A DNA stretch of 64,000 nt, from positions 1,696,001 to 1,760,000 of the forward strand of contig OZ257156.1 in the NCBI GenBank assembly GCA_965279375.1. The letters run 5' to 3'. The DNA comes from Gemmatimonas sp. Lineage in GTDB: Bacteria > Gemmatimonadota > Gemmatimonadetes > Gemmatimonadales > Gemmatimonadaceae. The notes below the pieces were generated by a model, which ran no database searches, was not told the origin of the DNA, and saw only the letters and a program-made list of their open reading frames with translations. Within the stretch, counting starts at the first letter, position 1; every line of letters begins with the position of its first letter. The position numbers and the translations under genes were made by a program. Below, piece after piece: positions 1 through 9,639 of this stretch.

Positions 1-189
1 TTGCGCGTGGACGACTTGCCGCACGACCTGAACGAGGCGTGCGACGAGCTGGAGAAGAACGAGGTGATTTCCGCGGCGTTGGGTGAGCACATCACCCAGC
101 AGTTTCTGGCCGCCAAGCGTAGTGAGTGGCGCGAGTACAACAGCCAAGTGAGTGCGTGGGAGCTGGAGCGCTATCTGGCGCGCTACTGA
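1..189 (+). CDS. glnA: Glutamine synthetase type I, C-terminal fragment (5'-truncated by window)
   Basis: LPHDLNEACDELEKNEVISAALGEHITQQFLAAKRSEWREYNSQVSAWELERYL resembles the GS-I C-terminal helices. Confidence 0.85.
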   Translation: MRVDDLPHDLNEACDELEKNEVISAALGEHITQQFLAAKRSEWREYNSQVSAWELERYLARY

Positions 190-215
190 AGACTCAACTT
201 CCTCTGAGATACGTC

Positions 216-989
216 ATGGATCGTCGGTCCTTTCTTCGTACGTCCGCTGGTGCGGCAGTTGGTGTCGGGCTGGTGGGAACGACGGCGCGTGCGGCGGTTC
301 CGCTGACGCGTGATCTGTCCGACGCCGAGCGTGAGGTGGCCGTAGGTCGTGCCGGCGTGGATGCGTGGTCGCAGAAGTATCCGTTTGCGCTGACGCCATT
401 GGGCTATGCGAACAACGCCGTCGAGCCGGCGGTGGATGCGCTCACGATGGGCATTCATCACGACAAGCATCACGCGACGTACGTGACGAATCTCAACAAG
501 GCGCTCGAGACGCAGACGGCGCTGCACGATCAGACGTTGGGGCAGCTGTTGATGGGTTTGCATCGACTGCCGACGACCGTGCAGGCCGCTGTGCGCAACA
601 ACGGTGGCGGCCATGCCAATCACGCGCTGTTCTGGACGCTGCTGGCGCCGGGTGCGGCGACCGCAAGTACGCCGACGGGTCGATTGGCGGCTGCGATCAC
701 GCGCGACTTCGGCTCGTTGGCCGACTGCGTGGCCGCGCTCAAGACGGCGGGGCTTGGTCAATTCGGCTCGGGGTGGAGCTGGCTCGTCAAGACAGCGACC
801 AACAAGGTGGCGGTACGCGCACTGCCCAATCAGGATTCGCCGCTGATTGAAGGGGAGCTGCCGATCGTTGGCATCGATGTGTGGGAGCACGCCTACTACC
901 TCAAGTACCAGAATCGTCGCGCGGACTATCTCGACGCGGTGCTGGCGCGCATCAACTGGGATGTGGCGAGCGCGGGGTGGATGGGGTGA
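216..989 (+). CDS. sodA: Fe/Mn superoxide dismutase (Mn-type signatures) with twin-arginine signal peptide
   Basis: HHDKHHATY, NNGGGHANH, FGSGWSWL, NQDSP and DVWEHAYY motifs; N-terminus MDRRSFLR followed by a hydrophobic stretch; ATG at 216. Confidence 0.92.
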   Translation: MDRRSFLRTSAGAAVGVGLVGTTARAAVPLTRDLSDAEREVAVGRAGVDAWSQKYPFALTPLGYANNAVEPAVDALTMGIHHDKHHATYVTNLNKALETQTALHDQTLGQLLMGLHRLPTTVQAAVRNNGGGHANHALFWTLLAPGAATASTPTGRLAAAITRDFGSLADCVAALKTAGLGQFGSGWSWLVKTATNKVAVRALPNQDSPLIEGELPIVGIDVWEHAYYLKYQNRRADYLDAVLARINWDVASAGWMG

Positions 990-1630
990 CGTTGGCGGAT
1001 GGCGTGGGCGTCGGGCAGGCAGTGATGGATCGGCCGTTCGATCCGGTGCCGGTGACGCTGGAGGGGCGGCATGTGCGACTCGAGCCGATCGGTGCACAGC
1101 ACGCCGACGGCTTACTGGCGGCGGGGCACTTCGAATCGCTGTGGAGCGTGACCGTGCAACCGCCGCTCGACTGCGCGGACGCGGTGGAGCGCTATCTCGC
1201 GACCGCGGCGCGCAACGTAGCGGATGGGAGCGAGGTGGTGTTTGCGATCGTGCACCGCGAGAGCGGCGCGCTGATCGGTTCGACACGGTGGATGGACATC
1301 TCGCGCCAGCACCGTCGTCTGGAAATTGGCGGGACATGGATCACGCCAGCGCATCAGCGATCGGCGGCGAATGCCGAAGCGAAGTATCTGCAGCTGCGGC
1401 ACATCTTCGAGGTGCTGGGTGCGTATCGCGTGCAGCTCAAGACCGATCTGCGCAACACGCAGTCGCAGCGTGCGATGGAAAAGATCGGTGCCGTGCGCGA
1501 AGGGGTGATGCGACGGCACATGGTGGTGCGCGATGGATTCGTGCGCGACTCGGTGTACTACGGCATCACCGATATCGACTGGCCGAGTGTGAAGCGGCTG
1601 CTCGAGGAGCGACTGCTGGCGGCGCAGTAG
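986..1630 (+). CDS. GNAT family N-acetyltransferase (RimJ/RimL-like)
   Basis: LEGRHVRLEP, LEIGGTWI, RVQLKTDLRNTQSQRAMEKIGAVREGVMR; GTG overlaps the sod stop (alternative ATG at 1025). Confidence 0.88.
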   Translation: MTLADGVGVGQAVMDRPFDPVPVTLEGRHVRLEPIGAQHADGLLAAGHFESLWSVTVQPPLDCADAVERYLATAARNVADGSEVVFAIVHRESGALIGSTRWMDISRQHRRLEIGGTWITPAHQRSAANAEAKYLQLRHIFEVLGAYRVQLKTDLRNTQSQRAMEKIGAVREGVMRRHMVVRDGFVRDSVYYGITDIDWPSVKRLLEERLLAAQ

Positions 1631-1664
1631 TGCGCGGACGATCGAATCACGCGCTTCCCGCGAA

Positions 1665-2117
1665 CTACTCCTGGAGACCCGTCCACGACCATCGAGGCAG
1701 ACGGAGACCAGCGGGCACATCCTGCCGCGACCGCGGATAGGCATTCATCGTCGTCCTGGTCGTCCAGGTGAAGTAGTCGAGAAGCGTCCGCTTCAGTTCA
1801 GGATCGACAATGCTGATGTCGTCCAGGGCCATCGCAAAGCAGGCGATCGCGCGCGTATCCATGTCGTCATGTTCGCCATTGCCGCTGTGCCTGCGCACGA
1901 CCGAGGATTCGGTACCGTACGCCGCGGAAAAGGTCGCCGGACCACCCCACGCTTCGGCCCAATACGCGGCAAGCCGTTCCGTGTGCTGTGGGTGATAGCC
2001 ATGACTGAACGCATGCGACACGATCTCGTCCGCGAGACAACGCTCGTGCCACGCATGGGCCAGGCGAAGCACGCCATCCATCCCGCCCAGCGATTCGAAG
2101 AGAGTCGGTTGAGACAT
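1665..2117 (-). CDS. Group II truncated hemoglobin
   Basis: TLFESLGGMDGVLRLAHAWH, HTERLAAYWAEAWGGP, RRHSGNG pattern of 2/2 globins. Confidence 0.8.
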   Translation of the reverse strand: MSQPTLFESLGGMDGVLRLAHAWHERCLADEIVSHAFSHGYHPQHTERLAAYWAEAWGGPATFSAAYGTESSVVRRHSGNGEHDDMDTRAIACFAMALDDISIVDPELKRTLLDYFTWTTRTTMNAYPRSRQDVPAGLRLPRWSWTGLQE

Positions 2118-2302
2118 TGGAAGCCGATTCCGTCGGGTTGTGGAATTGTCCTGAGGTGGGTCTAACATGCGACATCGAGCAGCCAACTGCACGACGTGGC
2201 ACGACCCGTGCTCTCCAACGTGCTCGAGAGTGTGAGGCACGCGTCAGTGTCGAGCGTGCCGCACCAGAATTCGACTCGAGACGTTCGCATCAACGAGGCG
2301 CT

Positions 2303-2521
2303 ATGCGTGGATCTGTGGTCGTGGGTGTGCTGTTGCTGCTGGCCGGTGGTTTTGTGCTGACGCGTGGCTTCTCGTTCACGAAAGACAAGACGGTGGTTGA
2401 TCTGGGGCCGCTGCAGGCCAGCGTGTCGGAGAAGCAGACGGTTCCGCCGTGGGTGGGTGGCATCGCCGTGGCGGCAGGTGTGGCGTTGATTGCGGTCGGC
2501 GCATCAAAGTCTCGCCGATAG
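2303..2521 (+). CDS. Small two-TM membrane protein (DUF3185-like)
   Basis: 72 aa; two hydrophobic segments around KTVVDLGPLQASVSEK; GAGG RBS. Confidence 0.7.
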   Translation: MRGSVVVGVLLLLAGGFVLTRGFSFTKDKTVVDLGPLQASVSEKQTVPPWVGGIAVAAGVALIAVGASKSRR

Positions 2522-2606
2522 CGTTTCGTCGTGCGTAGTTTCACAGCGCGACGTTTGGCGGGAAGGCGAGCGGGCGCATCACGAGACCAGCGCACCAGTT
2601 GGAGAC

Positions 2607-3209
2607 ATGACGATGATGGGGATCACACGCAGTTTGCGCCGGCATGCGGCGCTGCTCGCGACTGCACCGCTGTGGCTGCTGGCCAGCGTGCGTACGGTGG
2701 CGGCGCAGGAAGGCCCGTCGCTGGTGGTGCTGGTGCGACACGCCGAAAAAGCCTCGGCCACGGACCCCGATCCGTCGCTGAGTGCAGAGGGTCGTGCGCG
2801 CGCCGATGCGTTGGTGGCCGCGCTGCGTCACTCGCCGCCGACCGCGATTCTCGTCACGTCGCGCAAGCGGACGGCGGAGACCGCGGAACCGATCGCCAAG
2901 ACGTTTCACGTCACGCCGCAGGTGGTGTCGCTCGACGGCACCACGGCCGCCAATCACATCAAGGCCGTCGCCGATGCCGCACGTGCGCAGCGCGGCGTGG
3001 TGCTGGTGGTGGGGCACAGCAATACGGTGCCCAGTATCGTGAAGGCGCTCGGTGGACCCGCGCTGCCGGACATCTGCGACGCGAGCTACGCGACGCTGTA
3101 CGTGTTGCAGCTGCCGCGTGACGGCAAGCCGGCGCAGTTGGTGACCGCGCAGTATGGTGCCGCTGATCCCCCAGCGGCGAACAGCTGCCCGGGAATGACG
3201 CCCCGATAA
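2607..3209 (+). CDS. Exported histidine phosphatase / phosphoglycerate mutase family protein
   Basis: LVRHAEK, LSAEGRARA and LVVGHSNT motifs; signal peptide ending VAA-Q; GGAG RBS. Confidence 0.85.
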   Translation: MTMMGITRSLRRHAALLATAPLWLLASVRTVAAQEGPSLVVLVRHAEKASATDPDPSLSAEGRARADALVAALRHSPPTAILVTSRKRTAETAEPIAKTFHVTPQVVSLDGTTAANHIKAVADAARAQRGVVLVVGHSNTVPSIVKALGGPALPDICDASYATLYVLQLPRDGKPAQLVTAQYGAADPPAANSCPGMTPR

Positions 3210-3239
3210 GCTCGTACCTGTGTGCGGCGCTGGACGATG

Positions 3240-3314
3240 AGCGCGAGTCGCTCAGCGCGAGTCGCTCAGCGCGAGTCGCTCAGCGCGAGTCGCTCAGCGC
3301 GAGTCGCTCAGCGC
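3240..3314. repeat. Perfect tandem repeat, 5 x 14 bp (GCGCGAGTCGCTCA)
   Basis: Identical units start at 3241, 3255, 3269, 3283 and 3297, with partial flanks; lies between convergent genes. Confidence 0.97.
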
Positions 3315-4249
3315 AACAGGCGTGTGAGCAGTTCGGGCATGGCGTGGAACTGATCGATGTGATCGGGTGCCGAGTTGCCGGCGAAGCCGAACACCAAAAA
3401 ACGACCCGAGTGTACTTCGCTCAATTGCTGTAGCCCGCGCGGTCCCCACTTGAGCACGGGCGTGCGTGGCAGCGCGAGCGACTGCAGCAGCCAATCGGCG
3501 GTCTCTGTGGTGCTGGCGAAGGTGCCGGGAAAGATCTCCGAGTGCGTGACGACGAAGCGCTTTTCGCCTCGCATCGCGGCGCGCGCGAAGTCGCGAAATG
3601 CGATGAGGTTGGTGGTGTCGAGCGTCCCGTCGAGTGCCATCGGCCGCCCCTCGGGCACGTACGACGTGTGCATGCCGTCGAGCAGCAGGATTGCGCGCAC
3701 CGCATCGGCGTGGCGGGGCGTGCGCAGGATGGCGCGAATGGCGCCGTGGCCGGCGGAGAAGCCGGAGAGTGTGAGCTGTGCAACGCGCGCCGGTTTGCCG
3801 GTCACCGCCGTCACCTCGCGCGTGATGGACGTGCGGAGCGAGTCAAACACCGCCGAATCGCTGAAGGCCCGGTCGTAGCTCCCCGAGCCGCTGCCGACAT
3901 TCACGACCGCAGCGACGGTGCGCTGCTTGAGTGACGCGACCGCCTGCTGCGCCACCCAGTCGGCGCCGTGGAAGTGCACGACGAGTGCGAAGTCGGCGGG
4001 CGAACGATCGGGAATCCAGACGGACACCGGCTTGCCGGCCGGCCCCGTGAACGAGCGCGTCGTGCCGCCGAGTGCGCGTTGGGTGAGTCGCTGGTGGGCG
4101 CGCGTGGTTTCGACCATCGGCGATGGATTCTGCGGCGCCATCGCGGGCGGGCCGGACACCGTCGGCGCTGTCTGGGCGACGACGGAGCTGGCGACGGTGA
4201 CCAGCGGCAGCGTCGCCGCGACGATGAGTGCGCGTACGCGACGGATCAC
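3308..4249 (-). CDS. Exported hypothetical protein, alpha/beta-hydrolase-like
   Basis: Signal peptide, VVHFHG, nucleophile elbow SGFSAG, LLLDGMH and a C-terminal His; GTG overlaps the upstream TGA. Confidence 0.65.
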   Translation of the reverse strand: MIRRVRALIVAATLPLVTVASSVVAQTAPTVSGPPAMAPQNPSPMVETTRAHQRLTQRALGGTTRSFTGPAGKPVSVWIPDRSPADFALVVHFHGADWVAQQAVASLKQRTVAAVVNVGSGSGSYDRAFSDSAVFDSLRTSITREVTAVTGKPARVAQLTLSGFSAGHGAIRAILRTPRHADAVRAILLLDGMHTSYVPEGRPMALDGTLDTTNLIAFRDFARAAMRGEKRFVVTHSEIFPGTFASTTETADWLLQSLALPRTPVLKWGPRGLQQLSEVHSGRFLVFGFAGNSAPDHIDQFHAMPELLTRLLR

Positions 4250-4818
4250 GCGATCGTGCGCTCGATGCGGCGGTCGGGGATGAACCAAGTGAGCGCCACA
4301 ACGACGTAGAGGGTCAGGCTCACCCAGTGGGCCACGAACGCCATCGGGATCGCGACTGCGTAGACGACGACCGAGAGCTTCCCCTTCCAATCTCGGCCGA
4401 TGGCCGCCTTCAGCACGGAATTGGGTCCCTGCTCCGCGACGATGGCGAGCTGCAGGAGGTAGTACGACGCGCCGCACATGAGGAGCACGGCGCCGTACAC
4501 GGCGATGGGCGTGGGCGCGAAGTGGTTCTCCCCCATCCAGGCCGTGGCTGCGGGGATGAGCGAGAGCCAGAAGAGCAGGAACAGGTTGGCCCAGAGCACC
4601 TTGGCACTCACGCGGGTGACCGTGTGCAGCAGGTGATGATGATTGTTCCAATAGATGCCGACGTTCGCAAAGCTGAGCACATAGCTCAGCAGGACGGGGA
4701 GCAATGGGGAGAGATCGTGCAGCGTGTCGCCGTGCGGCACCTTCAGCTCGAGCACCATGATCGTGATGATGATGGCAATGACACCGTCGCTGAAGGCTTC
4801 CAGCCGTCCCTTCCCCAT
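4246..4818 (-). CDS. TMEM175 family potassium channel
   Basis: RLEAFSDGVIAIIITIMVLEL signature and YWNNHHH; about six TM segments. Confidence 0.92.
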   Translation of the reverse strand: MGKGRLEAFSDGVIAIIITIMVLELKVPHGDTLHDLSPLLPVLLSYVLSFANVGIYWNNHHHLLHTVTRVSAKVLWANLFLLFWLSLIPAATAWMGENHFAPTPIAVYGAVLLMCGASYYLLQLAIVAEQGPNSVLKAAIGRDWKGKLSVVVYAVAIPMAFVAHWVSLTLYVVVALTWFIPDRRIERTIA

Positions 4819-4947
4819 GTCCTGTCCTCGCGCCGTTGGCGTGTGCGGGCTCCCGACCGGAAAGCTCGTTGCGGGAATGCTGAGGCCGCGCGGCCCAGTG
4901 TGCCAGTGATCCCGCGACATGCTGGTTCGGACATGGTAGCTTCGGGG

Positions 4948-5502
4948 ATGCAGATCCCATTGGAAAACGCGACGCGCACCGCGCTTGGCGTGGTGACGGT
5001 GTCCGACCGGGCAAGCGCCGGCATCTACGAGGACAAGTCGGGACGTGCCATCGAGGCGGTGTTGGGGCGCTGGATCGCAACGCCCTTTCGCATCGAGTAT
5101 CGATTGGTGCCGGACGAGCAGCCGCTGATCGAGGCGGCGCTGCGCGAGTTGGCCGACGACGCCCACTGCCCGTTGATCGTGACCACGGGTGGGACTGGAC
5201 CCGCGCCGCGCGACGTGACGCCCGAGGCGACCGTAGCGGTGTGTGACCGGCTGCTCCCCGGGTTTGGCGAGCAGATGCGCGCCGTTTCCGTCCGCACGGT
5301 GCCGACGGCGATCCTGTCTCGGCAGCTCGCGGGCACGCGCGGCGGGTCGCTCATCATCAACCTGCCCGGAAAGCCGGCGGCGATCGAGGAGTGTTTGGGC
5401 GCCGTCTTCGCGGCGATCCCATATTGCATCGAGTTGATTGGCGGGCCGCGCCTCGAAACGAGTGCCGACGCGCCCGCCCCTTTTCGCCCGCGTGGAGCGT
5501 GA
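4948..5502 (+). CDS. mog: Molybdopterin adenylyltransferase
   Basis: VTVSDRASAGIYEDKSG, TTGGTGPAPRDVTPEAT, TAILSRQ and NLPGKP motifs; alternative ATG at 4933. Confidence 0.95.
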   Translation: MQIPLENATRTALGVVTVSDRASAGIYEDKSGRAIEAVLGRWIATPFRIEYRLVPDEQPLIEAALRELADDAHCPLIVTTGGTGPAPRDVTPEATVAVCDRLLPGFGEQMRAVSVRTVPTAILSRQLAGTRGGSLIINLPGKPAAIEECLGAVFAAIPYCIELIGGPRLETSADAPAPFRPRGA

Positions 5503-5702
5503 CCGTGTCGCTGTCCCCTGAACTGCTGAAGATCCTCGTCTGCCCCAAGAGCAAGGCGCCACTGGAATACTGGCCCGGTCCGCCGGAAGCGCTCGTGTGC
5601 CGCGAGAGCGCGTTGGTGTACGCCGTGCAGGATGGCATTCCCGTCATGCTCATCGACGAAGCGCGTCCGCTCGATCCGGCGGAATTCCCGCCGCGCGGCT
5701 GA
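5499..5702 (+). CDS. Trm112-like protein
   Basis: LLKILVCPKSKAPL...LVC...YAVQDGIPVMLIDEAR; GTG overlaps the mog stop. Confidence 0.9.
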   Translation: MTVSLSPELLKILVCPKSKAPLEYWPGPPEALVCRESALVYAVQDGIPVMLIDEARPLDPAEFPPRG

Positions 5703-5756
5703 CTGGTGGCCGGCGCGCGCGCACCGATGAGCCGGTGAACTGCAAGTGAGCTGCAG

Positions 5757-6794
5757 GTGAGCGCGTCGCGCCTGTGGACGCCCGACGAGGCGCTTGGGCC
5801 AGCGTTCGAGTGCAGCACGCTGCCGCTCGCCGCAGAGCAGGATGGACCGTTGGTGGCCACGCTTGTGCGACGCCGTCGTGACACAGCCACGGCGACTCGT
5901 CGCGCTGTGCTCTACGTGCACGGATTCATCGACTACTTCTTTCAGGCGCATGTGGCCGATGCCTTTGCGGCAGCCGGCTGGGATTTCTACGCGCTCGATC
6001 TGCGTCGCTACGGCCGCTCGATGCGACCGGGCAACCTGCCCAACTACTGCACCGATCTCGCGCAGTACGACGAGGAGCTTTCGGCGGCGCTCGACATCGT
6101 GCGCCACGAGGACGCGCACGACACGGTGGCGCTGCTTGGTCATTCGACCGGCGGCCTGATCACGTCGTGGTACATGCATCGCGGCGCGCGCCGATCCGAG
6201 GTGCAGGCGCTCGTGCTCAACAGCCCGTTTCTGGCGTTCAACGTGCCCTGGCCGCGCAGCATGACGTTGCCGATTGCCAGCGCGATCGGCGCATTCAAGC
6301 CCACGCTGGCCGACCCCAACGGCATCTCGCGCTGGTACGGCGAGAGTCTGCTGGCGGAGCATCGTGGCGAGTGGCACTACGACCTGCGCTGGAAGCCGCT
6401 GCTGGGGTTCCCGATCTACTTCGGCTGGGTGCGCGCGATTCGTGCGGTGCAGGCGGAGGTGGCGCGCGGGCTGCACATCGCGGCGCCAGTGCTTCTGCTG
6501 CACGCTGCGCAATCCATGATTGCACGGGGTGGCTGGCAGGACGCGTATCGGTCGAGCGACATCGTGCTCAACGTGGATCACATGCGTACGCGCGGACCTC
6601 GACTGGGTACCGATGTGTCGCTGCATTCGTTCGTTAACGGCATCCACGACATGCTCCTCGCGCCCGAGCGTGTGCGCGAGGCTGTGTTGCTCGCTACGCT
6701 CTCGTGGCTCGAGGCGCGCACCGGGGATGCCTCGACAGACGAAACGTTGGCCGCACCGTACGTTGCCGTGTCGTATCAGCCTCCCAATCCGTAG
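5757..6794 (+). CDS. Alpha/beta hydrolase (lysophospholipase/monoacylglycerol lipase-like)
   Basis: LYVHGFIDYF, DLRRYGRS, GHSTGG, DIVL and GIHD motifs. Confidence 0.88.
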   Translation: MSASRLWTPDEALGPAFECSTLPLAAEQDGPLVATLVRRRRDTATATRRAVLYVHGFIDYFFQAHVADAFAAAGWDFYALDLRRYGRSMRPGNLPNYCTDLAQYDEELSAALDIVRHEDAHDTVALLGHSTGGLITSWYMHRGARRSEVQALVLNSPFLAFNVPWPRSMTLPIASAIGAFKPTLADPNGISRWYGESLLAEHRGEWHYDLRWKPLLGFPIYFGWVRAIRAVQAEVARGLHIAAPVLLLHAAQSMIARGGWQDAYRSSDIVLNVDHMRTRGPRLGTDVSLHSFVNGIHDMLLAPERVREAVLLATLSWLEARTGDASTDETLAAPYVAVSYQPPNP

Positions 6795-6810
6795 GCCACA
6801 CCCCATCGCC

Positions 6811-7920
6811 ATGCCCATGCATGATGCTACGCGCGTCGTTCGCGCCGGACTGCCGCACGCCGAACCGGGCGCGCCGTTTCTTCCTGGTCCCACCTTCGCT
6901 GCGCCGTATCACGCGGCGGGCGATCCGGCCGACTCTCCGTTCACCTATGGGCGCTACCACAATCCCACGTGGACGCGCTACGAGGCGGCGCTCGAAGAGC
7001 TCGAAGGCGGGCCGTGCGTGCTCTTTCCGTCGGGGATGGCGGCGAGTTCATCGCTGTTGGCCACGGTGCTCAAGCCGGGGCAGACGATCGTCATGCCGAC
7101 GGACAGCTACTACACCACGCGATTGATCACCTCGCAGTACTTCGCGGCGCAGGGGATCAACGTCGTGATGGCACCCACGGCCAACGAAGCGCAGGCCGCG
7201 TTCGTCGACGGCGCGTCGCTGCTCTGGCTCGAATCGCCCACCAATCCGGGGCTCGACGTGTGTGACATCGCCGCGCTGAGTCGCGCGGCGCACGACGCTG
7301 GCGCGCTCGTCGCGGTGGACAACACCACGGCCACGGTACTCGGCCAGCGGCCGCTCGCACTCGGCGCCGATTTCGCCGTGGTCTCCGACACCAAGGCGAT
7401 GACCGGGCATGCGGATGTCGTACTGGGACATGTGGCCTGCAAAGACCCCATGTGGGCTGACGCGCTCCGCACCTGGCGCACGCGCATGGGCACCATTCCC
7501 GGCCCCATGGAAGTGTGGCTGGCGCACCGTTCGCTCGGCACGCTCGACGTGCGGCTCTCGCGGCAGTGTCAGAGCGCGTTGCGGTTGGCCGAATATCTCA
7601 CGTCGCACGCAAAGGTGCTGGCGACGCGATACCCCGGCCTGCCCGGAGACCCATCGTACGCCGTGGCCTCGCGGCAGATGGAGCATTTCGGGCCTGTCAT
7701 CAGTTTCACTCTGGCAGATCGCGCGGCCGTGGAGCGCTTTTTCGCCGCGGCCACGTTGGTGCACGAGGCGACCAGCTTTGGTGGCATTCACACCAGCGCG
7801 GAACGTCGCGCACGATGGGGCGGCGACGTGGTGCCGGAAGGGTTTGTGCGACTGAGTGTTGGCCTGGAAGATGTCCGCGACTTGTTGAACGATTTCGAGA
7901 CGGCGCTTGGCGCCGTCTGA
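6811..7920 (+). CDS. Cystathionine gamma-lyase/synthase family PLP enzyme
   Basis: YGRYHNPT, FPSGMAA, ESPTNP, DNT, SDTKAMTGHADV (PLP lysine) and RLSVGLED motifs. Confidence 0.92.
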   Translation: MPMHDATRVVRAGLPHAEPGAPFLPGPTFAAPYHAAGDPADSPFTYGRYHNPTWTRYEAALEELEGGPCVLFPSGMAASSSLLATVLKPGQTIVMPTDSYYTTRLITSQYFAAQGINVVMAPTANEAQAAFVDGASLLWLESPTNPGLDVCDIAALSRAAHDAGALVAVDNTTATVLGQRPLALGADFAVVSDTKAMTGHADVVLGHVACKDPMWADALRTWRTRMGTIPGPMEVWLAHRSLGTLDVRLSRQCQSALRLAEYLTSHAKVLATRYPGLPGDPSYAVASRQMEHFGPVISFTLADRAAVERFFAAATLVHEATSFGGIHTSAERRARWGGDVVPEGFVRLSVGLEDVRDLLNDFETALGAV

Positions 7921-7930
7921 GGAGCACGCG

Positions 7931-9637
7931 ATGTCTCAGGGGATGAATCGACGCCGGTTCATGCAACGTTCGGCGGTGGCGAGTGCCGCGGCGATGCTTT
8001 CGCCGCAGCTTGGTGTCGCAGAATCACGTCATGCAGAGTCGCAGGATGCGGGACTACGCGATGCGGGACTACGCGATGCGACGGACGAGAGTGCGGCGCA
8101 ACAGCCGCCGCGCGGTACACCGCAGGCGTTTCCGTACGCGGAACTGACCGTCGCGCAGCTGCAGGAGCGCATGAGCAAGGGGACGCTCACGTCGCGCGCG
8201 CTGACGGCGGCGTATCTGGCGCGCATCGCTGCGATAGATGCCGCGGGGCCGACACTGCGCTCGGTGATCGAGAAGAACCCCGATGCGTTGATGATTGCCG
8301 ATCGATTGGACGCCGAGCGCAAGCGCGGCGAGATCCGCGGTCCGTTGCATGGCATTCCGGTGTTGATCAAGGACAACATCGACACTGCGGACAAGATGGC
8401 CACCACGGCGGGGTCGCTCGCGTTGGCGGGATCGTCGGCGCCGCGTGATGCGCACATCGTGGAGCTGTTGCGTTCATCCGGCGCGGTGATCATCGGCAAG
8501 ACGAACCTGAGCGAGTGGGCGAATTTCCGATCGACGCGTTCGAGCAGCGGTTGGAGTGGGCGCGGAGGTCAGACGCGCAATCCGTACGTGCTCGATCGCA
8601 ATCCGTGCGGCTCGAGCTCGGGCACTGGTTCGGCCATCTCGGCGAATCTCGCGGCGATTGGTGTGGGCACGGAGACCGATGGCTCGATCATCTGCCCGTC
8701 GTCGATCTGCGGACTGGTCGGCATCAAGCCGACAGTGGGATTGGTGAGTCGGAGCGGCATCATTCCTATTTCGGCGACGCAGGACACCGCGGGCCCCATG
8801 ACGCGCACGGTTGCTGATGCGGCCGCGTTGTTGACGGTGCTGGCCGGTCTGGATGAGCGAGACGAGTCAACGAAGGCCGCCGAAGGCAAGCGCTCGCCGG
8901 ACTACACGAGCTTTCTGGATGTGAAGTCGCTGCGTGGAGCGCGCATTGGTGTGGCGCGCAACATGGCGGGCTTTCATCCGCTGGTGGATGCGGCGTTCGA
9001 CGCGGCGATCGGTGCGTTGGCCAAGTCGGGCGCGGTCATCGTGGATCCAGCCGACGTGCCCACTGTGGGCAAGTACGACGAGGCCGAGACGGAGGTGCTG
9101 CTCTACGAGTTCAAGGACGGCATCAACAGCTATCTGCGCTCGCGTGGCAGCACGGCCAAGGTGAAGACGCTGGACGACTTGATCGCGTTCAACAAGGAGA
9201 ATGCGGCGAAGGAGATGCCGTGGTTCGGGCAGGAGCAGTTCGAGCGTGCGCAGGCCAAGGGGCTGCTGACGGATACCAAGTATCGTGATGCGCTGTCCAC
9301 GTGCCGCACGCTGTCGCGCGCGCAGGGCATCGACGCCGTGCTGGCCAAGCACAGGCTCGATGCGATCGTGGCGCCATCGAATGCACCGGCATGGCCAACG
9401 GATCACCTGAACGGCGATCACTTCACCGGCGGCAATACCAGCGTCGCGGCGGTCGCTGGCTATCCATCCATCACCGTGCCGATGGGCTTTGTTGTCGAAG
9501 CGCCGGTGGGTCTCTCGTTCATCGGTGGCGCGTGGACCGAAGGGAAGCTCATCGGCATGGCGTACGCATTCGAGCAGGCGACGCGCGCGCGCCGCGCACC
9601 ACAGTTTCTTCCTACCATGCCAACAGCACGAGCCTGA
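7931..9637 (+). CDS. Amidase-signature family enzyme with twin-arginine signal peptide
   Basis: GPLHGIPVLIKDN, GKTNLSEWANFRS, GSSSG and GTETDGSI motifs; MNRRRFMQR leader. Confidence 0.93.
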   Translation: MSQGMNRRRFMQRSAVASAAAMLSPQLGVAESRHAESQDAGLRDAGLRDATDESAAQQPPRGTPQAFPYAELTVAQLQERMSKGTLTSRALTAAYLARIAAIDAAGPTLRSVIEKNPDALMIADRLDAERKRGEIRGPLHGIPVLIKDNIDTADKMATTAGSLALAGSSAPRDAHIVELLRSSGAVIIGKTNLSEWANFRSTRSSSGWSGRGGQTRNPYVLDRNPCGSSSGTGSAISANLAAIGVGTETDGSIICPSSICGLVGIKPTVGLVSRSGIIPISATQDTAGPMTRTVADAAALLTVLAGLDERDESTKAAEGKRSPDYTSFLDVKSLRGARIGVARNMAGFHPLVDAAFDAAIGALAKSGAVIVDPADVPTVGKYDEAETEVLLYEFKDGINSYLRSRGSTAKVKTLDDLIAFNKENAAKEMPWFGQEQFERAQAKGLLTDTKYRDALSTCRTLSRAQGIDAVLAKHRLDAIVAPSNAPAWPTDHLNGDHFTGGNTSVAAVAGYPSITVPMGFVVEAPVGLSFIGGAWTEGKLIGMAYAFEQATRARRAPQFLPTMPTARA

Positions 9638-9639
9638 CC

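Noticed and set aside
2160..2290. Degenerate integron attC-like site (GTCTAAC...CATCGAGCAG on the left, GAGACGTTCGC on the right) beside the globin gene
   Set aside because: Right core site and L-box pairing are poor, gene orientation is atypical, and there is no integrase or second clear attC; an attC covariance-model scan would settle it
3240..3314. CRISPR array
   Set aside because: 14-bp units are directly adjacent with no spacers, and there are no cas genes in the window
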